Shown here piece after piece: positions 25,246 through 34,320 of a stretch of DNA of 63,787 bases. The stretch's first letter is position 1. Each line of letters begins with the position of its first letter. Source of the DNA: Glycera tridactyla. Its lineage: Eukaryota. The stretch covers positions 115,940,214-116,004,000 of the forward strand of contig OZ286461.1 in assembly GCA_965644265.1 (NCBI GenBank), given 5' to 3'. The notes beneath the pieces are model-generated. The model was not told the origin of the DNA and made no database searches. It saw nothing but the letters and a program-made list of their open reading frames with translations. The position numbers were made by a program, and so were the translations under genes.

Positions 25246-25864
25246 TTTAGTAAGACGAGGCAAAGGGCGTCTATCTCTGGCCACGGTAAGACTCGGAATG
25301 GTGGTTTTGTTCACAACCACCGTAGGTGATGTCACACCTATCGTAGCCTAGGCTACGGCGTCAGTTTTAGGTAGCATGCTCCTAAAGCCAGTGCCTATAC
25401 TTTTGATGAAAAGTTCTATTTTTTACCTTTACATCTCTTCCGAGTTTCAGCTATTTTAGCCTCATCAGTTACCAAAAAATATATGTATTGCAGTAGACAT
25501 GTGTTCAGTGTTGGAGAAGAATCTTTCCTCCAACTGGGCACCATTTTTGGGTAATTTGGAAGGGGGCCCCTTTCTATTTCCCTCTTCCTCTGATCTCTCA
25601 CTATTGAGTGATCCCCTTGAGTCTCTGATTTATTCATATCAGATGGGGGCAGAGGTTCGATCAGATTTCCCCCAGAATTAGTGGGTGGGTGTAACTGTCA
25701 CTGTGCACTACTTTAGATAGCAGTTCCAGTTTCCCCTGAATTTTTACGAAGTGATGAATTTGAAAAAATTCGATAATGGCGGTACTGCCTAATTAGGGTT
25801 CCTATTGACGTCACAAACGGCTCCCACGATGGGGGTCTTCTAGTCCTAACTTCTGTGGGGGAGG
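25246..25864 (-). repeat. 3' pseudo-LTR of the PLE
   Basis: Direct repeat of 31483-32112; about 24 substitutions and 3 indels by manual alignment (~96% identity). Followed on the minus strand by an A-tract and (TA)n. Confidence 0.95.
25285..25473 (-). ncRNA. Type I hammerhead ribozyme with 139-nt stem III insert (3' copy)
   Basis: GGUAA-CUGAUGA-GGCUA/AAA/UAGCU-GAAA-CUCGGAA...(139 nt)...UUCCGAG-UC-UUACC. Stem I 5 bp, stem II 5 bp, stem III 8 bp; GUC site, cleavage predicted at 25290|25289. Confidence 0.85.
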
Positions 25865-26058
25865 GAGAACTGGTAGAATGTGTTCTCATATCCCATCTCA
25901 AAAGTATTGAAAGAAGGAAGGTCATAGGTTCAGGGTATTGCTGCCCACTTTGGACCAACTAAAAATGAGATTATGTGAACGAGGCTAGGGTGGGTCCCAA
26001 AGTTGCTGACCACCCTGTTCCTGTGACCTTTGGGTTCGGGTGCATGTCTATAGTTCAA

Positions 26059-28538
26059 TCAAAATTTATTTGTTTCCCTATAGTGTCTCCAATTTCTGCA
26101 ACTTGTTTCCAAGGGTGTCCTGTCCTTGGTATTCAGGCCCAATGGTAGCATTGTTCTCAGTCTCTGGATCCAATTAAATTCAATTTGGAGCCTGAGGGTA
26201 AGACCATGGGTACTCTTTGGGTGGGCATGGATGAAATCCACTATCGTTTTTTCCATGTCTTTCAGTCCATCATGTCCCCGTGAGAGGAAGTGGCGGCTTA
26301 CGTCTTCTTTTCTGTTTCCTCTCTTTATTGCTCCGGCATGTGCTCCAAATCTCTCATGTAGGCTATTCCCTGTTTGGCCTATATATTGTTTGGTGCATTT
26401 TTTGCAGCTGATGCAATATATGATATTGCTACTTTGGCAGCTCACGTCCCATTTCGTAATGTATGTGCGTCCAGTGCTTGAGCTGTCTATTTTGCCTGAT
26501 TTATTCAATAATGGACAGAATCGACATTTCTTGCTGGTGCACTTCCTCGGTAGCTTTCGTCCTGGGTCCTTCTCCTTCTGCTGAGGGATCCTGGCTTTCA
26601 CTAGAATGTCTCTGAGGTTCTCTGGTTGCCTGAAGCCATATGTTGGTTTCTCGTCAGCTAATAGTTTTGTTGCTGATGAGCGAGTCAGTAAGTCCCAGCT
26701 CTCAGAGATGAGTTTTCTAAGCCCTACATCCGTGGGTGTATGGGTCGTGGTCAGAAATATGCCGTTTGATTTATTGTCTGCAGTAGTCTGTTCTTCCGTC
26801 ATTTTCAACACGGCTTCATCAAGTAAAACATCTCGATTTTTAGAAGACGCCTTGATGAATGCATCCCTGATAATTTTCAAGGGATATCCTCTTTTTCTAA
26901 AATGACACATGAGGATAAGACTGTGGTGGATGAATCTGTCATTTCTACTGCAAATTCTCCTCAGTCTAAGTAGTTGGCTATATGGGAGACTCGTCTTACA
27001 ATGTCCAGGATGAGCCGATGTACAATGGAGATATGCATGACTGTTTGTAGGTTTTGTGTACAAGTCAGTTCACAATACCCCGTTCTGGTCTTTGTGTAGA
27101 GTCGTGTCTATTTTCTGATCTGAACAGTCCATGGTGAATTTGATACTATGGTGACAGTCATTTAAATAGGACACAAAGTTATCTAGCGCGTCCCTCCCAT
27201 GCTGCCAAATGATTATCAGATAGTCCAGATAACGTTTGTAGATAATTGGTTGCAAATGGTATGAGTGAATGAATTTCTCCTCAAATTCTGACATGAAAAT
27301 ATTTGCCAGACTGGGGGCTACTCTGGTACCCATTGCAGTACCTCCTACTTGTAGGTAGTTCCCATCGTTAAACTGGAAGTTATTACATCTCAATGTTTTT
27401 TCCAGGAGTCTGCATAGACGAGAGTTACTGGGTTTACAGTATGTAATACGATACTTGTTAAGTAATTTTCTAACACTCTCAACAGCTTCATCTGTCGGTA
27501 TGTTGGTGTATAGGCTGGTCACGTCCATAGTGACCAGGAGGCTGTCCTTCTCAACCTTTTCGATATTTCTGATTTCTGAGAGAAAATGAGTGGTATCTTT
27601 GAGATATGATCTAATATGATTCATCCTTGTTTTTAGAAAGAAGTCCACAAATTTAGGAGCTTCTCAGCGGGGCATTCATTTGCAGAGACAATTGGGCGTC
27701 CCGGCGGGTTCACTAGTTTCTTGTGAATTCTGGGAAGTAAGTAGAATTGATCCATCCTAGGGTCCTCGGACACCAGGAAATCTCTTGTCTGTTTACTTAT
27801 TTCTCCACTCCCTTTTAGTTCGTCCAAAATTTCAGTCACCTCTGTGTTGTGTTTTCCTGTAAGGTCTGAGTCTGTTTTCCGATAGAATTTCTCATCAGAC
27901 AACTGTCTAAGGCCCTCCCGGATGTAATCATCTTTATTCATGATTACCACACTAGAACCTCTGTCAGCTTTCTTTATGATGACCTCGTGATTGTTCCTCA
28001 ATGCTCTCAAAGCTGTTTTCTCCCCTTTCTTCAGGTTCTGTTTCAAGGGTGCATGTAGTGGGAGCTTGGCTAGTCCCAGCTCATTCACAGATACCGTACA
28101 TTCTATCATTGTTGGGGAATTGTTGGGTAGCCAATTGGATTTTGGAGCAAAATCCCTATGGTGGAATGGACTGAAACAGGCCATACTAGTGATTGCGGAT
28201 GTGCCAGAGAATGATGTGTTTGGCGTCGACGCTGTCGCATGTAGGTTCTTATGTTTCGAAGTCCAAGCCTCGTTTTTATCCACTTCCTTGTCAAAAAAGG
28301 CCCTCAGCTTGACGTTTCGGTGGAAAGCATCTATGTCCCGTCTTAGATCCCCCATGGATGGTTCCCCTGGGGTGGGACAAAAGGTGAGGCCCTTGTTCAA
28401 CAGAGACGTGGTATTTGCATCCAAGACGTGGCTGGACACGTTGACCACCATATTGTTGTGTTCAGAAATGTACACAATGTAACTGACCAGTGAACAATCA
28501 AACAATATCTGGAATGAAGAGGCACACAAATTATACAA
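26059..28538 (-). pseudogene. PLE ORF2: reverse transcriptase plus GIY-YIG endonuclease, disrupted
   Basis: VVNVSS..LLNKGLTFCPTP, LVTMDVTSLYTNIP, QVGGTAMGTRVAP, YTKPTNSHAYL, RGYP, CTSKKCRFC, NIIYCISCKKCTKQYIGQTG, SRHF, IEFNWIQRL..PLGLN. Lesions: frameshift near 27655, catalytic YxDD read as YLDY, in-frame TGA at 27072-27070, short in-frame deletion at KI-DTTL. Confidence 0.93.
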
Positions 28539-28630
28539 TGAATCAACTTTATTTGTTGTGTTGAATTAAAGGTCCGCATTTGAATTGTTCATGTTTGTCA
28601 GATCCGGGAGATCTGGTTTCATATTCAAAT

Positions 28631-31444
28631 TTACTTCATATTTGCAAACGCATCCTTTACAGCATCTCGGATCCTCCGTTTTAGCTGCTCCTGATCTTGA
28701 ATTGGAGCTGTGGGTGGTCCGTTCTCTGTCGGTCGGCTCGTGCCCGGATTTTCGTTTGGAGTTTGGGGTCTCTCGGTTCCGATAGTAATTCTTAGGGGGT
28801 TCTTATTCACTGTCTTTTTGGATTTCGGAACCCCCGTCCGAAAATACTTCTCACCATCAGCAAACCCTGCATCCTTGGTTTTGAACTCAACCTTCCTCTG
28901 CTTGGATTTCTGGGTGGAGGTTGTGGCACTGGCAGGTGGTGATCTGTCAGCACGCCTTTTTCCTTTTCCCTTTTGGTTGGTATCCTTCCTTTCCCTTCCT
29001 TTTCCTTTCGGTGTCACCATGTCGCTGCTGCTGCTTGATAGGCATTGGAGAGCCCTTTTTCTGGGCCTTCTTGTTCGTTGGTTTCTTGGTAGCAGGTGCA
29101 GCAGAATTGGCTGTCTTCCCTGTACCATTGTCTGATGACTTTGTCGGCTCTTGCTGTGTCTGGTCTCGTGCGAGATAACGGTGTCTAGCTCGTTTCTGGG
29201 CCGGTTTATCTGTCCCGGGGCCCCGAACACAAGAGGACGATTGTCATCCAAGAGCCGACGGCTCTTCCGTGCTTCAATTAGGGCTTTGAGGACTTCATCT
29301 TTTGTGGGGCGGACGTTCTTAGTCTCGCTCTCCATCTTCGTGAGGACCTTCTTCTTCGTGTGTTCTGATCTGGCTATCTGATTTCGTAGCAGTTTGTCAA
29401 ATTCACGAAAGCCTTCCTCATTTTCTCGGTAGTGCCTTTTTACATTCGACACTTCGACGCTGGCGTCTTCATCCAGATCATCTGCCTCCCGATCTAACCA
29501 GTACGCCATTCTTGACATTATGTCAACTGCCTGGCTTCTCACATGGTCGAAAAATTTCTGTTGGAACCTTGAACTCTCTGGTAGCCAATTGGGCCACTTG
29601 GCTAGGCCCATGGTGTAGTCGGGAGTGATGTTTCTGCTGCGAAGGCTACGGAGGTGGTTCGCGTAGAGGCGGCAATAGGCTGCACTTGTCAGGTCTCGAC
29701 GTGCCTGTCGGGAGTGGCGTCTTGCTCTCTCTGGCACCTCCGGGATTTGCGTCCTCTCAATTTCCTGACACAAAAGAGAAGGGCTCTTATTGGAGATCAG
29801 GTCTTCCATTTTGTTTTCATCTCCATTTTCTTGGAGTGCTAAGAGGTTGGCAACATTTTCGGCAGACGTTGGGGTACTTGTGACATTTGTTTTGATATTA
29901 GTCACCCCTGGTGGGATATCCTTTGGGGGATCAATCACAATTGGTTCAGCTGTGTCCGAAATGGCCTCGTCCAACAGCGCAGCCTTCTTACTTAAAGCAG
30001 GTGCTGAGCTCGTGAATAGGTCAGTCGGGATGGCTGCTTGTTTCTTTTTTTGATTTCCAAAAGTTGTCTGCTCATCACTACCGGACAGATCTCTTTTCCC
30101 AGGTCTTGCTCTTTGGGTAGAGCTCGAGATGGGGGTCAAAGTCAGGTTTAACTCTGAGTTGGATACCCCAAATACTTGACTCATTGAGATTTTGTCCAGC
30201 ATGTCTGTGTGATCGGTTGTTTTAGAAGCCCTTCTGACTGGTTGTACTATTTTTCTCATATGGGACTTCACAGGGATCACAGTGGGATCATCCAGGGTTT
30301 CCTGAAATTCATGTACAGGGCTCCTCTGACCGGATGGAATTCGCTGAGTTTCATTGGCATCCCAAAATGTCTCCATACTAGGATCCATGGCTGGCCAAGA
30401 ATGGGGGGGCCCCATTTCTTTTGGGCCTACTTTATCTCCTGATGGCTCAGACCTGGCAGCTTTTGGGTCCGTTCTGGGCTCCTGTATATTTTCCACAGGT
30501 TTGTTTTTGTTTAGGTTTTGCTGGAAATACTTGTCAATTTTTCGAACTGTACCTTGTTTTGCTAAGGGGGTGGTTTGTTTCTTGTCCTTTTGATGAGGTT
30601 TCTTTATTTGATTCTCCTGCAGGGACGTTTCAGAAGTATTTGGGCTGAGGGCATTGTTGTTTCTGTTATGTTCTGAACGTGGGAGACTCATGCCCTCTTT
30701 CCCCCTATTCCCTCTTGTCAGTACATGAAACACTGCTTCACACACTTTTTCTGTGTGTGCAGCGTCCCATTCTAAGCAAGGGTCTGCCTTACGTGATACA
30801 ATTTTCGTCACTTCGGCGAAACTCGGTCGTATATTTTGTATTTTTGGCGATTCCGGGTTTTCAGTAGAGATCGGCAATTCCGCATTTGTACGCGGTTCGG
30901 TCAATTTGGTTAATTCATGAAATTGGCCGATCGGCGGCACGCAGACGTCTCGTGCGTCATTATAACCGTCGCTATTCGGACGCACGGAGTTGGGAATGCG
31001 TCTTTTACATGGCTTTCTCCATTTTTCTGGATTGCCTGACGCCTTCCCCACTTTGAGAACTGTAAATATAGCTCTTGTAGGGGTGGAGTCATTCATTTCG
31101 GGACCTTTCCAGCACTCGTCATTCACTACTCTAATTGTGTCGGTCGATTGTTTATTGTTGCTTCGATTTATAGCAGTACTGGGCTTTTTCGTATGACCCC
31201 TGATGCCTTGGGAGCTGCCTGAGATAAAATATCCTGGCAAAGGACTCCTCCCCTGGCTCTGTTTAGCAGGTTTGTCAAGTGACGCATCCACACTTTCAGT
31301 GGTAGACGTCGAGCGTGCGGACTCGGCGGATTTTGCCAGAGGCTCGCTATCGCTGTCAACAAAGTCATCCAGTGACTCCTCCGAATCAACGACGCTTTCG
31401 TTGATGCTTTGATCTGTGTATTCCCCATCGCTCAAGGGATCCAT
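28631..31444 (-). CDS. PLE ORF1, 937 aa, mostly low-complexity/disordered, with a helical core at ~aa 570-710 and a basic C-terminus
   Basis: Uninterrupted 2.8-kb ORF inside the element, starting 38 nt after the 5' repeat. HLRSLRSRNITPDYTMGL loosely resembles the H..FL..C...IIP.GL segment of PLE N-terminal regions (by eye). Confidence 0.8.
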   Translation of the reverse strand: MDPLSDGEYTDQSINESVVDSEESLDDFVDSDSEPLAKSAESARSTSTTESVDASLDKPAKQSQGRSPLPGYFISGSSQGIRGHTKKPSTAINRSNNKQSTDTIRVVNDECWKGPEMNDSTPTRAIFTVLKVGKASGNPEKWRKPCKRRIPNSVRPNSDGYNDARDVCVPPIGQFHELTKLTEPRTNAELPISTENPESPKIQNIRPSFAEVTKIVSRKADPCLEWDAAHTEKVCEAVFHVLTRGNRGKEGMSLPRSEHNRNNNALSPNTSETSLQENQIKKPHQKDKKQTTPLAKQGTVRKIDKYFQQNLNKNKPVENIQEPRTDPKAARSEPSGDKVGPKEMGPPHSWPAMDPSMETFWDANETQRIPSGQRSPVHEFQETLDDPTVIPVKSHMRKIVQPVRRASKTTDHTDMLDKISMSQVFGVSNSELNLTLTPISSSTQRARPGKRDLSGSDEQTTFGNQKKKQAAIPTDLFTSSAPALSKKAALLDEAISDTAEPIVIDPPKDIPPGVTNIKTNVTSTPTSAENVANLLALQENGDENKMEDLISNKSPSLLCQEIERTQIPEVPERARRHSRQARRDLTSAAYCRLYANHLRSLRSRNITPDYTMGLAKWPNWLPESSRFQQKFFDHVRSQAVDIMSRMAYWLDREADDLDEDASVEVSNVKRHYRENEEGFREFDKLLRNQIARSEHTKKKVLTKMESETKNVRPTKDEVLKALIEARKSRRLLDDNRPLVFGAPGQINRPRNELDTVISHETRHSKSRQSHQTMVQGRQPILLHLLPRNQRTRRPRKRALQCLSSSSSDMVTPKGKGRERKDTNQKGKGKRRADRSPPASATTSTQKSKQRKVEFKTKDAGFADGEKYFRTGVPKSKKTVNKNPLRITIGTERPQTPNENPGTSRPTENGPPTAPIQDQEQLKRRIRDAVKDAFANMK

Positions 31445-31482
31445 TGCAAGTCAGGACCAGAAATTAGCGCAAAAAATGTGAA

Positions 31483-32112
31483 TTTAGTAAGACGAGGCAA
31501 AGCGCGTCTATCTCTGGCCACGGTAAGACTCGGAATGGTGGTTTTGTTTACAACCGCCGTAGGTGACGTCACACCTATCGTAGCCTAGGCTACGGCGACA
31601 GTTTTAGGTAGCATGCTCCTAAAGCCAGTGCCTTTAATTTTGATGAAAAGTTGTATTTTTCACCTCCACATCTCTTCCGAGTTTCGGCTATTTTAGCCTT
31701 ATCAGTTACCAAAAAAAAATATGTATTGCAGTAGACATGTGTTCAGTGTTGGAGAAGAATCTCTCCTGCAACTGGGCACCATTTTTGGGTGATTTGAAAG
31801 GGGGCCCCTCTCTATTTCCCTCTTCCTCTGATCTCTCACTATTGAGTGATCCCCTTGAGTCTCTGATTTATTCATATCAGATGGGGGGGGGGGGGGCAGA
31901 GGTTTGATCAGATTTCCCACAGAATTAGTGGGTGGGTGTAACTGTCACTGTTCACTATTTTAGATAGCAGTTCCAGTTTCCCCTGAATTTTTACGAAGTG
32001 ATGAATTTGAAAAAAATTCGATAATGGCGGTACTGCCTAATTAGGGTTCCTATTGACGTCACAAACGGCTCCCACGATGGGGGTCTTCTAGTCCTAACTT
32101 CTGTGGGGGAGG
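31483..32112 (-). repeat. 5' pseudo-LTR of the PLE
   Basis: Direct repeat of 25246-25864, preceded on the minus strand by (TA)n and TTTTCTTT. Confidence 0.95.
31522..31710 (-). ncRNA. Type I hammerhead ribozyme with stem III insert (5' copy, G8A core variant)
   Basis: GGUAA-CUGAUAA-GGCUA/AAA/UAGCC-GAAA-CUCGGAA...UUCCGAG-UC-UUACC; cleavage position 31527|31526. Confidence 0.8.
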
Positions 32113-32627
32113 AAAGAAAAATATATACATATATATATATATCACGAACAGATAGTGAATACGATGGCTAGAACATATACGACCCGAGAATTCAGACGGC
32201 CTTGAGGAAGCAAGGAATGAGCGACGCCTCACGGTTAATCATAGAATGCGTGACAGGGATTTCAGGATATTTGCGTGATGCAATGGCTGCCCTCTCAGAA
32301 GAATACCCTGCGTAGAAGCTTTGATAAAGTACTCTGAGCACCAGGTAGGGTTGAAGAGCTGGCATATATTACCGTGTTCAATGATGAATTGATGGATATA
32401 CGCCAGCCTACCTGGATGTCTCATCTGTACTGGAGAATCTACACAATTGGTTACGGCTCTGACCAGTGACTGAGATGATAGCGAGACAAAGTAGAGGCAT
32501 AATGATGACGAAATACAAAGTGATGCCGGACTACATACCGCAAAATGATGCAAAGTGCCAAATGATGCCGAGAGAACCACTAAGACATTCACAGGATCCT
32601 GCTCATGATGATGAAAAAATCGACGGC

Positions 32628-32647
32628 GATGCAGATGATGAGGATGG

Positions 32648-32689
<42 letters not shown>

Positions 32690-32740
32690 CGATGATGATG
32701 ATGATGACGATGAGGATAAGGATGAGGATGAGGATAAGGA
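32628..32740. repeat. (GAT)n / (GAG,GAT) microsatellite running into a gap
   Basis: Direct reading. Confidence 0.95.
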
Positions 32741-33823
32741 NNNNNNNNNNNNNNNNNNNNNNNNNNNNNNNNNNNNNNNNNNNNNNNNNNNNNNNNNNNN
32801 NNNNNNNNNNNNNNNNNNNNNNNNNNNNNNNNNNNNNNNNNNNNNNNNNNNNNNNNNNNNNNNNNNNNNNNNNNNNNNNNNNNNNNNNNNNNNNNNNNNN
32901 NNNNNGTATTGGCAGCAATTTGCAGCAGCTACGCAAAATGATGCCAGTAGGCTGACATAGTCACCCATACTTTCACTCTCATGATGAAGACGTGCCGACC
33001 ACACCCATACACAACAAGCAACTGCTCATCAGCGACCCCATTAGCTTAAACTGCAAGTGAAAAAAAATCAAAGTTGTACGTGGTCAGCACCTCAAGTGCC
33101 GATATCTTACGCAACCACCCTCAGTCATCATAGTATTACGGCAAATACATTCCTGAAATGTGCCGTCCCCTGATTGCTCATCGAATATGTCAAGAGCCGA
33201 TTGCTGCCTGGTTAGAAGGTTTATTACCAGTCTACATTTGCTGAAAATACTCACTGGTATCTATCCAGTCCATGGAAGTGTGTGAGATATAGAATCAGCT
33301 TCTCAAAAGCCTGGGTCATTGAACTGATCCAGATTATTGGCATATATTGGCACATACTGCGGACGTACATGTGAGGCTATGGAGAGTGATAAGCAGCATC
33401 AAATTAGTAATGCTGGAGGTTGTCTGCAAAATAATGCACTCGAAAAGTATGCATAGTATATGTAATATCAGAGGAATGTTGCCTCACCCTGGGTAGCGCC
33501 ACCGCAGGCTCAATTTTGGCGGCCCTGAAATAGCTGGGTTCTATTTCGCAGTCCCTCTGCATCTGCCTCTGTCTCTGCCCGATCTACCCCCCTCCATCTC
33601 TCTTCTTCCGGCGTAGAACAAGCCTGGGCCTCCTCATAATAGGTAAGGCTGCATAAACCACGTCGAGAATTAGCAGAGTCCAAGCCACGTTGCTGAATGA
33701 CCTTCGTCAGTCAATGTTCAATGTGATTAGGAAAAGATTCACTCGAATACTCAGCCCACATCATTCTTTACAAATTGACTTTGAATAATCAAACGTTGGA
33801 TGAAGGGATTGTCTGGAAAATCA

Positions 33824-34320
33824 TCTCTTAGTGAGTATGAACTTTCTTTTAATCCCTACCACGAATCTACTTGAATTGGTTTTCCTCTCTTAGTGAGTAT
33901 GATCTTTCTTTTGATCCCTACCACAGATCTAATTGAATAGGTTTTCCTCTCTCAGTGAGTATGATCTTTCTTTTAATCCCTACCACAGATCTACTTGAAT
34001 AGGTTTTCCTCTCTTAGTGAGTATGATCTTTCTTTTGATCCCTACCACAGATCTAATTGAATAGGTTTTCCTCTCTCAGTGAGTATGATCTTTCTTTTAA
34101 TCCCTACCACAGATCTACTTGAATAGGTTTTCCTCTCTTAGTGAGTATGATCTTTCTTTTGATCCCTACCACAGATCTGATTGAATAGGTTTTCCTCTCT
34201 TAGTGAGTATGATCTTTCTTTTAATCCCTACCACAGATCTACCTGAATAGGTTTTCCTCTCTTAGTGAGTATGATATTTCTTTCAATCCCTACCACAGAT
34301 CTACTTGAATAGGTTTTCCT
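33824..34320. repeat. 62-bp tandem repeat, 8 copies
   Basis: Unit TCTCTTAGTGAGTATGATCTTTCTTTTRATCCCTACCACAGATCTAMTTGAATAGGTTTTCC. Confidence 0.96.

Larger units (their letters stand above)
25246..32112 (-). mobile_element. Penelope-like retroelement, Neptune type, near full length, defective
   Basis: PLE RT followed by a C-x4-C-x2-C linker and C-terminal GIY-YIG, ~620-bp direct terminal repeats, hammerhead motifs in the repeats, and (TA)n on both flanks. Confidence 0.93.

Noticed and set aside
25425-25448. Local minimal stem III (CUC-GGAA-GAG) directly after GAAA
   Set aside because: It is followed by AUG rather than UH and gives no stem I partner. The distal UUCCGAGUC-UUACC satisfies both stems perfectly.
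27070-27072. In-frame TGA in the PLE RT as a selenocysteine codon (Sec-encoding PLEs exist in another clade)
   Set aside because: It lies in G.L.TDLY.KPT, where Trp is common, so TGG to TGA decay is simpler. The same ORF has a frameshift and a catalytic D-to-Y change, and I identified no SECIS.
26126-31412. Plus-strand ORFs overlapping the PLE ORFs, and secondary ORFs overlapping the GPCR
   Set aside because: Antisense or off-frame shadows of real coding sequence with no recognisable motifs.
25246-32112. LTR retrotransposon interpretation of the direct repeats
   Set aside because: No TG...CA ends, primer-binding site, protease, RNase H or integrase; the RT is PLE-type with a GIY-YIG domain.
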